A program made the translations under genes and the position numbers. A stretch of 64,000 bases of DNA from a virus. Its lineage: Duplodnaviria; Caudoviricetes. The notes beneath the pieces were generated by a model that was given only the letters and a program-made list of their open reading frames with translations, was not told the DNA's origin and did not search any database. This document shows positions 16,586 to 27,700 of the stretch, piece by piece (the stretch's first letter is position 1; every line of letters begins with the position of its first letter). The stretch covers positions 1 through 64,000 of IMG/VR virus record IMGVR_UViG_3300025389_000010; one strand, given 5' to 3'.

Positions 16586-17513
16586 TTATTTCCTTTTTAA
16601 TTTTCTCCCAAAGGTTATATTTATAATTAGTTAAAAATTCATTTTTTAAATCCTTTATGGGTTTTTTATATTTTTCATATAGAGAATCTGCATTTTTATT
16701 TATTTCAGATATGAAATCTACCATTTCAGAAATAGATTTATTGTTTAAATAAAGAAAGCATTCTTCTGGTATATAATCTTTTATATTTTCACAACCGAGA
16801 TATATAGGAACAGTATCGGTTAAAATAACATCCCAAAATTTCTCACTTAAATAATTTTTCTGTATACAATTTTCAGAACATATTGAAAACTTATAGTTAT
16901 TTAATGCTACATGTTTATTCCAAATTTCACCTATAATATTTTTCCCATTTGGTTCCCAAAAAAGACCATAAATATCAACAAAATCATATTCACATAAATC
17001 TATTCCAAGGTCCGTTCTTTTTTTATTGTTTATTTTAAAAATATTAGGAACTTCTAGATTATCATAATGAGAAGAATAATCTTTTCTTACAATATAAGAA
17101 ATATTTTTACTTTTTTCAAAACTTCTATCAATGATATCAATGTTCCAACTAAATTCATTTCTATTATCATTTTCACCAGAACCACCGTAAAACATAGGGA
17201 CCATCCCTTCGATATATTCAGGAGAATTTGGATACATTCTTTTATCTGCTATAAAAACTTTTGAACAATATTTATGTAATATATCTCTATTTTCATTTGG
17301 TGACCATAATGGTTCCTGTGTAAAAAAGAAAGTTCTTTCCTTTGGTGTTTGAATTTTAGTCCAATCAGTTTTACCAAAAATAATCGTAAAATCTGGATTT
17401 TCTGTTACTAAATTAAAACCATCATGGTTAAAATCATTTAAAAATTGATTTCTGAATCTTTGATTTAAACTATAAGAATCTGTCCACCAACATTCTAATT
17501 TTATATTTTTCAT
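16575..17513 (-). CDS. GT10 alpha-1,3-fucosyltransferase-like protein
   Basis: YKFSICSENCIQKNYLSEKFWDVILTDTVPIYLG matches the alpha-1,3-FucT motif. Confidence 0.8.
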   Translation of the reverse strand: MKNIKLECWWTDSYSLNQRFRNQFLNDFNHDGFNLVTENPDFTIIFGKTDWTKIQTPKERTFFFTQEPLWSPNENRDILHKYCSKVFIADKRMYPNSPEYIEGMVPMFYGGSGENDNRNEFSWNIDIIDRSFEKSKNISYIVRKDYSSHYDNLEVPNIFKINNKKRTDLGIDLCEYDFVDIYGLFWEPNGKNIIGEIWNKHVALNNYKFSICSENCIQKNYLSEKFWDVILTDTVPIYLGCENIKDYIPEECFLYLNNKSISEMVDFISEINKNADSLYEKYKKPIKDLKNEFLTNYKYNLWEKIKKEINEN

Positions 17514-18112
17514 GTTATTTCTAAACCAAGAGCATTATATCTCGTATAACGATCTATTATGTATTTATAATTATATCCTTTTTTATCTTTCATTGCTCTT
17601 AATTGATCAGCATAATGACCGTCTGCGTTTCTGTGATCAATATATGGGATTATAGTGTTTTTCATTATTCTCCATCTTATCATAAAAGAACCAATATCAG
17701 CATGTCCTAATTGTAATCTGTAATCTTCACCGTAAAGTCTTATTTGTTCAGTAAGACCTTTTTTTTGAGAAAATAAAACTAAGTCTGTATCAGTGTTTTT
17801 TTCTTCATTAAAAGTTAATATGAGATCATGAGTAACGATATTGTCATCATCTAAAAAATAACACCAATCGTTATCATTTGCCATGATATCTGTTATAAAA
17901 TAGTTTCTTTGTTCGTGACCCCAAGCATAATTTGTTTTTATTTTATGATAGATAATTCTTTCATCTAAAAGAATATCTGTAAGATCATAATCTCCAGTTT
18001 TTTTACTACCTTCTATTAAATGCCAATTGAAATCGGTAACTTGATTTTTTATTGTAGAGTAAATAATAGGTACATAATTATACCGATACAATGGTGTTAT
18101 AAAATGTATCAT
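17510..18112 (-). CDS. GT2-like glycosyltransferase
   Basis: HFITPLYR, YFLDDDN, ADIGSF, ADGHY. Confidence 0.7.
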   Translation of the reverse strand: MIHFITPLYRYNYVPIIYSTIKNQVTDFNWHLIEGSKKTGDYDLTDILLDERIIYHKIKTNYAWGHEQRNYFITDIMANDNDWCYFLDDDNIVTHDLILTFNEEKNTDTDLVLFSQKKGLTEQIRLYGEDYRLQLGHADIGSFMIRWRIMKNTIIPYIDHRNADGHYADQLRAMKDKKGYNYKYIIDRYTRYNALGLEIT

Positions 18113-18147
18113 TACTTTATTTGGATCTACATTCTTTTTTTTATCAG

Positions 18148-19854
18148 TTAAATTTTTTTTTTATACGTTTGGAAAAAAGGTTCATATGGATATTGTTTTT
18201 CATCCTGAATAACTTTTTTCATTGGTGCTCCAAATAAACCACATATTCCACTACTATCATGAACATATTTCGGATTTTCTCCATCTAATGCGAAATCCCG
18301 ATTAAATTTCGTATATTTGCCTATTCCGGGTTTTATTTTTTCATCTCTTATGTTAATAACAAGATTATTGACATTTTGTACATTTAATTCGGGTACATCT
18401 TTATTATATTTTTCAAAATATCTATATGCAATATCTCCATCTTCCTCTCCAAAACCAAGAAGCCTTTCATCAAAGTAATTAATTTCATCTATTATTTGTT
18501 TATTTATGAGGAAATGTGAATAAGATCTGTTTATTCTATAAAGATCTGGTTGCTTCTTTATATATTGCGATACTACTTCAAATAAGTTATTAGATTCTAT
18601 AGTTAAATCGTCGTTTAAAACTAAATTCCAATTTGTTTTGCTATGTATTATTCCTGTATTCCACATTTTAGCCAAACCTCTTTGTTGTGGGAAGAAAATA
18701 GGAAATATATTATCAAAATTATAACATAACTCTAAAACTTTTTTCCTATATTCATTCTGAAAAGGAGATTTATAATCACCATTTACTAATATTAATATAT
18801 CTTTTTCTGTAAAAGATCTTATTTGTTCTATTAAATTTTTTAAATAATCAAATCTTTTTGAAAAAGTAGTTATACAAATTGAAAAATCATCTTCGTCTTC
18901 ATCATATAACGGTTGATCATTTTCTTCTTTTGTTTCAATTTCAATTTCAACATTAGCTTGTGTTTCAACACTAACAGATATTTCTTCTTCTTTTATCGAA
19001 ACAATATCTTTTATTTTTTGATTCAAAGACTTCTTAAAATCATCATACCACTCTTTGACACTGATAGCGATATCATTATATTCTTCAGGTGATAAACTTG
19101 CATAATATTCAAGTTGATTCCAGTTTTCTATTTTGATGATAGGTGCATTACCCCAAACTTTGTCGAAATAATCATAATTATCATACTTTTTAATGATAGG
19201 AACGCAACCCCATTCTAAAGTTTCCATGATTCTGAAGCTATCGGGGTGTGCCCATCCACGTGGACATGGTGTGAATTTTGTTTTCTTATAGATGTCTGAA
19301 CATCTTCTTGGTGACAAAGATGTTGGACAATCCCAGTTATGTATACCATAAAAGAAAGAATCATCTCTCTCTTTTAAAAATTCTAAAACTTCCATTCTAT
19401 CTAATCTTTTAAATTGACCTATAAAAGAAAAATTAAATTTCTTTTGATTTAAATCGAAATTTTCATTTTTATTAACAAATCCAGATTTAACACCAACAGG
19501 AATATATGTAACATTATCTGATTTAATATTTGGGTTAAAATATCCTCTAAATACATGTTTTGCTTTCTCATAATAAGAACAATTATGTCTTAATTGTTCA
19601 TCTGAAAGATGAAGAAGATAATACGTATAACCATTATCATCAAATTTTTTTAAATATTCTTTAAATGAATCTGAAATATTGATGTCATCATTTGAATATA
19701 TAATGACTGAATTATCAAGAATCGTTTGATATTTACCATTATCGAAATAACGATCATGTTCAATATCTTTGAATAATATTTCGGTTATATATTCAAACTC
19801 AAAATCAGTTTGACCACCATTAGTTGTTTGCCATATTAGATTAATTTTTTTCAT
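18148..19854 (-). CDS. two-domain glycosyltransferase: exostosin/GT47-like plus GT2-like
   Basis: FSFIGQ..KFTPCPRGWAHPDSFRIMETLEWGCVPII; ICITTF, LVLNDD, FDERLLGFGEEDGD. Confidence 0.75.
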   Translation of the reverse strand: MKKINLIWQTTNGGQTDFEFEYITEILFKDIEHDRYFDNGKYQTILDNSVIIYSNDDINISDSFKEYLKKFDDNGYTYYLLHLSDEQLRHNCSYYEKAKHVFRGYFNPNIKSDNVTYIPVGVKSGFVNKNENFDLNQKKFNFSFIGQFKRLDRMEVLEFLKERDDSFFYGIHNWDCPTSLSPRRCSDIYKKTKFTPCPRGWAHPDSFRIMETLEWGCVPIIKKYDNYDYFDKVWGNAPIIKIENWNQLEYYASLSPEEYNDIAISVKEWYDDFKKSLNQKIKDIVSIKEEEISVSVETQANVEIEIETKEENDQPLYDEDEDDFSICITTFSKRFDYLKNLIEQIRSFTEKDILILVNGDYKSPFQNEYRKKVLELCYNFDNIFPIFFPQQRGLAKMWNTGIIHSKTNWNLVLNDDLTIESNNLFEVVSQYIKKQPDLYRINRSYSHFLINKQIIDEINYFDERLLGFGEEDGDIAYRYFEKYNKDVPELNVQNVNNLVINIRDEKIKPGIGKYTKFNRDFALDGENPKYVHDSSGICGLFGAPMKKVIQDEKQYPYEPFFQTYKKKI

Positions 19855-19861
19855 AAATTTA

Positions 19862-21151
19862 TTAACTTAAATAACCGACAATTCTTTCTTCCCACCCATT
19901 AGATGCAGAATGAGGCCACACGACCCAATATTTGGGTGGCTTTTCACATTGGAATTCCCTCCAAACCTTACAATATCCATCTGGATCAGCAAACATCCTT
20001 GCAATTTCTTCAGGATCTGCATCTTTTCTAAATACTGTTTCATCTTTTTCATTGTGGAAAGCAACACACCAGAAGTCATAGTCTTTTGACTTAACCTGTT
20101 CATAACCAATGTCAATACAATGTTTAAATATTTTCAAGAATGAATTTTCGTACTCAACAGGATCTTCAATAACAGGATTCGGTGCTATGTTATTGTCAAG
20201 AGTAAATCTCTGAACTGCTCTTTTCTTAAAACAAAGACCTGAGTATGCTTCATATTGTTCCAAAGTTCTCACTGTACCAAATCCATAAATGCCAAAATCA
20301 ATATCTCTCTTTTCACCGTCCATCTCAAACAGTTTTCTGTTCTTTAAATGGCATGCATTGTTTCTTTGTACCCAAATCTTATCGTCATCCCATTGCTTTG
20401 GTCTGCCTTTTCTTGTATACTCATGCCAAGCTATGACTTTATGAGAATGAAATAAATCGTAACCCCAAGTAAAGGCTCTTACTGCGATTGAAATTTCTTC
20501 TCCATGAAAATAATATTCGGGATCATGTGGGACTTCTTTACAGAACTGTCCCAAAGTGAAACAAAAATGTGCCGAATAAAACCTTGCAGGAATTGGTTCA
20601 TTAAGTTCTCTCCAGTTATCAATCGTAGCCGGTAAGAAGAAAACAGCACCTTCTGGAATGAACCTGTCAAAATTCATTTTCCAAGGTTCATCTATTCTAG
20701 CTGCTGGATCATTATCGGGATCAAAACTAGGAATATAACCGGTAATTAATGGTTTTTTATGACCTTTCTTCTGAAGATCCTTGACCATTTTTATAAGCTC
20801 GTAATCCCAATCTTTAACAAACCTATGATGACTGTCTAACTGCAATGTATATTCTTCACCATCATATCTTTGTTGAATTTCATTTCTAGCCCAGCATGCA
20901 CCCTTACTTTCAAGATATGGTATTTCTATAATTTTAAATCTTGGATCGTTTTTATACCCATCAAGATTTTCAGTTTCATCATATTGCCAAGCAATACAGA
21001 ATACAAGATTTTCCGGATTTTTTGCATTATCCAAACAATCCTTTATGGTAAAAGGTAATTGTGGATCTCTATAAGATGCAATCTGTATAAAGATTTTTTC
21101 TGCTTTTTTCTTTGTGCTTTTCTTCTTTGTTTTTGTATTATTCGTTGCCAT
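19862..21151 (-). CDS. GT60 / Gnt1-like polypeptide alpha-GlcNAc transferase
   Basis: IFIQIASYRD, GACWAR, YTLQLDSHHRF..WD, ITGY, VPHDP, FHGEEISIAVRAFTWGYDLF, WHEY. Confidence 0.8.
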   Translation of the reverse strand: MATNNTKTKKKSTKKKAEKIFIQIASYRDPQLPFTIKDCLDNAKNPENLVFCIAWQYDETENLDGYKNDPRFKIIEIPYLESKGACWARNEIQQRYDGEEYTLQLDSHHRFVKDWDYELIKMVKDLQKKGHKKPLITGYIPSFDPDNDPAARIDEPWKMNFDRFIPEGAVFFLPATIDNWRELNEPIPARFYSAHFCFTLGQFCKEVPHDPEYYFHGEEISIAVRAFTWGYDLFHSHKVIAWHEYTRKGRPKQWDDDKIWVQRNNACHLKNRKLFEMDGEKRDIDFGIYGFGTVRTLEQYEAYSGLCFKKRAVQRFTLDNNIAPNPVIEDPVEYENSFLKIFKHCIDIGYEQVKSKDYDFWCVAFHNEKDETVFRKDADPEEIARMFADPDGYCKVWREFQCEKPPKYWVVWPHSASNGWEERIVGYLS

Positions 21152-21153
21152 AA

Positions 21154-21612
21154 TTAAATTTTTACCATTGAGAGTAGATAGTTTGCTTTGTTTATCCTTG
21201 AAAGAATATCTTCTTTCGTATTGTTTAAACCGGATTTTACATTTGCTATGTAACCATTAAATTCTATTGAAGTCAATATCGTCTTAATATCATCAACTGT
21301 TTTTTTATAATATGACATTATTGTTTCATTGTCACGATAATCGTCAATATTTTCTAATTGAAATAAAGTTGAGTTAAAAAGTGGAAAATTTTCATTATAT
21401 TCTTTTGATGTGCCAATTATTTCTTCTTGAAGTTTATCAAAAAGATCGGTTAGATCATCATAAAGATCTCCCAAAATTACATGAATATTATGATCACAAA
21501 CATACCAATGTAGCATCTTTATGACAGAAACGGCTTTATTAAGCTGTATTGCAAAATTTCTGGAAGAATCCAGAGGATCATTAATTTGTCTTTTAATTAT
21601 TTCAATTTCCAT
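21154..21612 (-). CDS. ferritin/Dps-like four-helix bundle protein
   Basis: KMLHWY..HVILGDLYDDLTDLFDKLQEEIIG. Confidence 0.65.
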   Translation of the reverse strand: MEIEIIKRQINDPLDSSRNFAIQLNKAVSVIKMLHWYVCDHNIHVILGDLYDDLTDLFDKLQEEIIGTSKEYNENFPLFNSTLFQLENIDDYRDNETIMSYYKKTVDDIKTILTSIEFNGYIANVKSGLNNTKEDILSRINKANYLLSMVKI

Positions 21613-21615
21613 ATT

Positions 21616-22047
21616 TTATATTTTCTTTCTAAAAACCTGTACTTTGATTAGAATATTATCTCTTTCTGTTTCACTGTCATTCACAAGAAGATAATTTTCT
21701 TTATTTGAATCAAAAAAATTGAAATGTTTTTTTTCTTCTTCTAAAACATTATATTTAACTATGGAATTTGTTTTCTCGTCAAATTCTATTTCCTGATTGT
21801 TTTCTTTATGGTTCTTAACCATATCACCAAATGCTTCTTTTTCGTCTTTAAAAAATAATCGCCAAAAAGGAATAGGAAAAATAACATTCAGTGCATGTCT
21901 TCTGATCGAACACATCTGACAAGGTTTATCTGTTCCGGTAATAAAATGTGTTAACCACCCAATATATCTGGAGTGTAAAAAACATGCTACTGCATCACCT
22001 AATCCTCTTGCATATCTAAACATCAGATCTGGATCTTTTTTTGTCAT
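21616..22047 (-). CDS. conserved phage protein with RGLGD..CxxC motif
   Basis: ARGLGDAVA..KPCQMCSIRRHALNVIFP. Confidence 0.7.
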   Translation of the reverse strand: MTKKDPDLMFRYARGLGDAVACFLHSRYIGWLTHFITGTDKPCQMCSIRRHALNVIFPIPFWRLFFKDEKEAFGDMVKNHKENNQEIEFDEKTNSIVKYNVLEEEKKHFNFFDSNKENYLLVNDSETERDNILIKVQVFRKKI

Positions 22048-22061
22048 TGAATAAATTTACT

Positions 22062-22424
22062 TCAATTTTTTGTTTTTTCAACAACTTTTAAGATTAAATT
22101 TGACATTTTTTTAAATTCTTCAGATGTGCAATTCAATTTATCCGCAATATACCTTAGTTGGTCCATCATTATTACAATCTGTAAATCGATAGGGTATTCG
22201 TTGTATATTTTTTGAAAAAGAAAAATATCATCAGTTTGATCTTCTTGTGGAACCAAACTTATCATTTTACCATCATCATAGTTTCCCGACCATGCCCATT
22301 TGCTAAAATCGGTTTTATCATCTGGTATTTCTTTAAAAGAAACAGTTTTTAAAAAATCTTCAGGAATTGTTTTTTCACTATAACCTATAAATTCTTTTGT
22401 ATTTTTATTAAAAAGAGCATACAT
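22062..22424 (-). CDS. hypothetical protein, 120 aa (possible fibre assembly factor)
   Basis: ORF track; function inferred from position only. Confidence 0.6.
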   Translation of the reverse strand: MYALFNKNTKEFIGYSEKTIPEDFLKTVSFKEIPDDKTDFSKWAWSGNYDDGKMISLVPQEDQTDDIFLFQKIYNEYPIDLQIVIMMDQLRYIADKLNCTSEEFKKMSNLILKVVEKTKN

Positions 22425-22433
22425 ATTGATATA

Positions 22434-23132
22434 TCATATCAAACTACCCACAAAATTCCAACTATTATTTTGGTTTATGAAACCCAAAATAACATTTCTT
22501 GTTAAATATATATTACTTCTTGTAAAAGATGCATACATTTTTCTATTTAAATATGTAAAAGAATCGGAAATGGTAGAACTTATTAATGGTGAATTTGGAC
22601 TACTATCGCTTGTTGTTGGAGTAATATTAAAAATAGAAAAAATAATGTTTATTACTGTGTTTTCTTTATAATATGCTGGATTAAAATTTGTAGTAATATA
22701 ACTTTTTGCCAAATTTTTAAGATTTCTATCTATTAGATTTATAATACTTTGATTATCATTTTTTAATGATGATATTACGTTTACTCTATTATTTGTAGCT
22801 CCTTCCACGATATGACCATTAATTGGATAAACAACAGAAAAAGTATTTCTTTCCCAAAAAGCACTTAATTGGTTAACAGTTGTTGCCGCTATGGAATATT
22901 GGTCTAATAAAACATTATCAAAAAAATTAGAAAGAATTGGTTGTTCATAAATATCATGTATATTTTTTAATTGATTATATACAAAATCAAAATTAACCAC
23001 ACTATTAAAATAAAATGACATTAGATTACAAATCTTTGTGTCTAATAACATCATATTGTAATTGTGTTTAGCCAAAGAATCACCCAGACAATCTTCTTTA
23101 TTTATTTCTAATATTGGTATTTGGCATGTCAT
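22434..23132 (-). CDS. hypothetical structural protein, paralog 3 of a triad
   Basis: Shared [LS]SA.W...T..YP and F.P..Y.EN motifs with the two neighbours. Confidence 0.75.
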   Translation of the reverse strand: MTCQIPILEINKEDCLGDSLAKHNYNMMLLDTKICNLMSFYFNSVVNFDFVYNQLKNIHDIYEQPILSNFFDNVLLDQYSIAATTVNQLSAFWERNTFSVVYPINGHIVEGATNNRVNVISSLKNDNQSIINLIDRNLKNLAKSYITTNFNPAYYKENTVINIIFSIFNITPTTSDSSPNSPLISSTISDSFTYLNRKMYASFTRSNIYLTRNVILGFINQNNSWNFVGSLI

Positions 23133-23959
23133 ACTGTTATATAATTATTAAATTTCCATTTACAGTTTTGTACTAAGAAAGATAAAGTTTTTATATTGTT
23201 ATCTTCGTGTATATCTTGATAAGTTAATTTTACATATGCTTCTATTCTTGCATACGCTTCTAACCCATCGCTTGTTATTGGTATAAACGGTGGAGATGAA
23301 AATCCACAATGCGTAGGAGCACAAGATGGACAACCTGAATTATAAGTACAATTAAAAAGTCCTTGGTGGCACCCAACTAATCCTCCGAAATTTGTAGTAC
23401 AATCAATACAAATTGTAGGTTGAGATGTTACACAAATTGTTTGATCCATCAAATATTGATTTATTATTGTTTTTGGTTCACTATAAGACAAATAACAACT
23501 TACAATTGCTTGTTGGTTTTCGACAAACAACAATTCATTCGTATTTTGATCAATTATTGGAAATTTCGCATTTAACCAATTTTCAATTTCTGATATGTAT
23601 GAATTAACAAAAGGAGAATTGTTTATTTTTGGGTATATCAAAGTTAAAGGTTGTAACCAATTTGCACTATTACTTTGAACTATTGTATAAAAATTTGCCC
23701 AATCACTACTAGCATTTTGATAAATTGTTATAGCATCTGTTATGTCACTAATATATAGATTATAATAATCTATCATAGATTGATATTTAGAATCAACCAT
23801 ATTTTGCAATTGTTCTATAATTGTATTTAAACCAGAATAATTACTATTAATTTGATAAAGATCGTTTATTTGATCATAATCGTGGATAAAGGATATACCA
23901 AGACTAAGATCATTAATTGCCTGTTCTAATTCATTATCTGTCATGATACGGCCTCCCAA
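23129..23959 (-). CDS. hypothetical structural protein with Cys-rich loop, paralog 2
   Basis: SANWLQPLTLIYP; Cys-rich segment CVTSQPTICIDC..C..C..CPSCAPTHC. Confidence 0.75.
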   Translation of the reverse strand: MGGRIMTDNELEQAINDLSLGISFIHDYDQINDLYQINSNYSGLNTIIEQLQNMVDSKYQSMIDYYNLYISDITDAITIYQNASSDWANFYTIVQSNSANWLQPLTLIYPKINNSPFVNSYISEIENWLNAKFPIIDQNTNELLFVENQQAIVSCYLSYSEPKTIINQYLMDQTICVTSQPTICIDCTTNFGGLVGCHQGLFNCTYNSGCPSCAPTHCGFSSPPFIPITSDGLEAYARIEAYVKLTYQDIHEDNNIKTLSFLVQNCKWKFNNYITV

Positions 23960-24729
23960 TATATATCACCTTGTGAATCATTATATAACTTAAAATTATA
24001 AAAAAATGTATTTGCAAAATGTTTATCTTTAAAAGGAATAGTGGGTAATGTGACTGATAAAATTCTACCACCAGCACCAGTACACTTATATGTTTTAGTA
24101 AGAGGTGCGGTTGTTGGAACACAATAAGACCATGCATTTCTACAACCAAGTCCTGTTATATTACATTGTTGAAAAGGTCTGTTATCGGGGCATGGTGCAC
24201 ATGCAACTGTGTTATTACCACTAACATTTGGTCCACATGATTCATTGTAACTTCTTGAAAATACAAAGTTAAAACTTACTGTTTGTGTGGTCATTACATA
24301 AATTTTAACAGTTTGATTATTTTGATAATTTTGTGGATCAAAATTTTGAGTTAACCATTTTAATAAAAGTGTTTGTATATCAGAATTTTGTATACTCTGC
24401 CAATAATCTATATCTTGAAACTGTGGATAAAAAAGAGTGATTGGTTTTAACCAATCTGCACTCAATGCTTTCACTGTTGATATTGGTGATGAGGTTTTAT
24501 TATTTATAGTTTTTATATTATATGCTGCTATTAAATAGTTAGAACTAATAGATTGAAAAACTGAATATAAATTATCATAATTATTCAATTTGGATTTTAT
24601 ACTATTTATTTTATTTCCAATATTCAAAAAATTATTCATCATGACGGTTCTAGATGATGAAATACATTTATTTTCATCTATCAAGTCAACATTTGAACAA
24701 GTTGTATCTATTTTTTGAAAGTTTATCAT
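23941..24729 (-). CDS. hypothetical structural protein with Cys-rich loop, paralog 1
   Basis: SADWLKPITLFYP; Cys-rich segment with 7 Cys. Confidence 0.75.
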   Translation of the reverse strand: MINFQKIDTTCSNVDLIDENKCISSSRTVMMNNFLNIGNKINSIKSKLNNYDNLYSVFQSISSNYLIAAYNIKTINNKTSSPISTVKALSADWLKPITLFYPQFQDIDYWQSIQNSDIQTLLLKWLTQNFDPQNYQNNQTVKIYVMTTQTVSFNFVFSRSYNESCGPNVSGNNTVACAPCPDNRPFQQCNITGLGCRNAWSYCVPTTAPLTKTYKCTGAGGRILSVTLPTIPFKDKHFANTFFYNFKLYNDSQGDIYWEAVS

Positions 24730-24730
24730 T

Positions 24731-27700
24731 TTATTTCCAATTTATTTTATATAAATCCGTATAAGCGGGTGAAATTTTCTTAATAATATTTTTTATTGCA
24801 TTCTCTATATTTATTTTTAGATCATCGTTCACCTTCAAATTATGTAAATTTATATTAAAATATTTACTTTTATTGCTTGGTAACTGAAACTTAAACCAGT
24901 GTTTGATTTGTTCGATATAATTTCTAGTTCCTACTTGCATATTCCAATTTAAGGGATTAATTTCTGGTATAAGATTGGATGAAAGATAAATTTGTTTTAT
25001 CTCATCGTTATTTAGTGCTATATTATACATTTTCAATTCTGATATAGAACCTATAAAATTATAGCCATTATATACGTTTAGAATATTATTTAATATGTTA
25101 TATTTAACTGTTGCTGTTCCTATTAATAATGATGAAGCGTAAGGATATATAATAGTATGCTTATCTAAAGTATATCCTGTATATGAACCGACAATTTGAG
25201 AATCGATATAACAAGAAACTGATCTGTTTTTTTGGTCAAAAACCATTGTAAAATTGTGCCATCCTTTTGGTAAATTTGAAACATCAAATGGTATATTTAT
25301 ATAATCTGTTTTTAACCCATTTTTTATATTTAAATTCCAAGAAAGTATACCCTTTTTATTTTGATATTTTCTTAAATATTGATATCCGGTAAAATCACCA
25401 TCTGTTGCAATTGATGCTGTTTTTGAAGGACCAACCAAATTGTTTAAATCAATTTTAAACAACGGTTCACCTAATTGGTTAAAAACATATGCCATGTTAT
25501 CAACTTCATCAATTAAAACCAATTGATCTTCTCCGGGTGTACCTCTACCACCACAAGAACTTGAAAATGTAGAAACGGGAGAAGAAACAAAGTTTGCTCT
25601 TCTTTTTCTTTGATATGGTGTCAGCGATTGTATAGCATATCTTTTTGGCGGATAATCAACTAATATTTCTTCATATCTATTATCTAAAATATATTGATAA
25701 TCTGTCGTTGATAAAAACGGTAAATCTTCAATTAAATCATAGTTTGTTTCTATAATCAATGGCGGTGGTGTAGGACAATCAGAAATAATCTTTACTGGTG
25801 TTTTACTAAACTGTTGTGTGAATACAATATTTCTATCAGTATCTATTTTTGAAAATTTAATATCATCAAAAAATATCCATATATTATTGTATATATCACA
25901 TGTAATCTGGTTAACATTTCCAAAGATACCATATAAAGTTTTGTTGTTTCTATTATTAGGATCGGGTGCAAAATAAACGTTTTGTCCTATTGCTTCCCAT
26001 AAAACATTATCATTATCAATTACAGAAGCATTTCCTATAATATGTATTATATTATCATTTAAATCTATTTCTATTCTATTTGTGGTATTTTCTACGACAC
26101 CGTAATCTGTTACGATATCATTATCTACAAAATAAAAAATCATATATGATTTGTTTATGTTATCGTAAACATATATTTTATTTTGTGAATCTATTTCCAC
26201 TTGAGAAATATTACTAATTGATAGTGGTACACTGATAACAAAATTATCATCAGCTGAATAATAACGAGCAATTAAATTAACATAATCAAAAATCCAATAT
26301 GAATAATCTTTTAATCTTTGTATAAAATTTATTTTAGATCTTGAATCTAGAATTGCTCTTTTTGATATTTGTGAAAACCTATAATTAAAATTATATAAAA
26401 CATTATTATTGTTTTCAAATATAGTTATAAACGGTGCAATAAAACTAGATTCGTTTATTAATCCAAAACCACTATCGTAATAATTTCCAAATATTTGTGT
26501 ACCGGTAATATTTTTCCAATCTGATACATTTAACCATAATGATACTGTTAGGTTATCTTCAGGTAATATGCTTTTGTTTGCGGGGAAAATTGCATAATTT
26601 GTACCATCCATCTTCCATTCGGTTCCATTAAAAGATGTTACATCTGTAAAATAAGATATTCCATTATTCTGATAAGTCGATTCATCTATTAGCGTACCGG
26701 ATGTCCAATTTGTAATACTAAGAACAAGTGTATTTTCTATTATGCCATTATTATCTTTATAATTAAAAAGATTTATAAAATTCTTTATATCTTTTTTACC
26801 AACTCTATAATATTCATATTCAACTGCCGGTTGTAATAACATTTTCGACGGTACATCAAATGTAAAATTTTGCGTTGGATCAAATTTTTGATTATAAACT
26901 ATGCTTGTTGCAGAAAGCGCAGAATCTAAAGAATAATAAGCTGAATTATAATATCTATCGTACCAAGCTTGACCATTAAACCACGAACAAAGATACTGAT
27001 ATGTTTGTTCATGTATTTTTAAATTTGGATTTTCATCAAGTTTATTTTTTGTTTTTGTATAAATTCTATCAGATATTAAAGGATGAAAAGATCCTATTGC
27101 GCCACTTTCTAATAATTTAGAATTATTTAAATCAATTGATGTTACTGTTGGTGTAAAATAAAATTTGGTATATAAACCAGATTCAAATTTTATGGAAACA
27201 GAATTAGTTTGATATCCAAGATGGATCAAATCATACCCTTTTGATTGATTTGATCCTGTAAATATTTTTTTATAAATACGATTTATATTATTTGAATCAA
27301 ATGTATAACTTACAGTTTGGTAATTCTTTAAAGAAGAAATATCTAATTCAAATGTTGCTGAATCTGTAGCAATAGTATAATTTTTAATTGAAAAAATACC
27401 AAGATAATTTTGTAGTAAAGAATCTTTTTGAGCTATACTCAGTTTTTTTTGATTTAGAAGAGGGTTTGCATCATATGTTACCAAAAAGCTATCTTTTATA
27501 TCATTATATTGTTTTTGTTGTCTTGTATACGAAACAAAAGAAAAAATAGAATTTGATAAATCATTAGAATAAGGTGTTACTGTGATTTTGTTATTTGTTT
27601 TTGATAAAACATAAGAATAATTCGTATTGTTTACAAATAAAACAATTGAATCATCACCTAAAAAATAATCAAAATATTGAATATTCTCATTAAATGGTAT

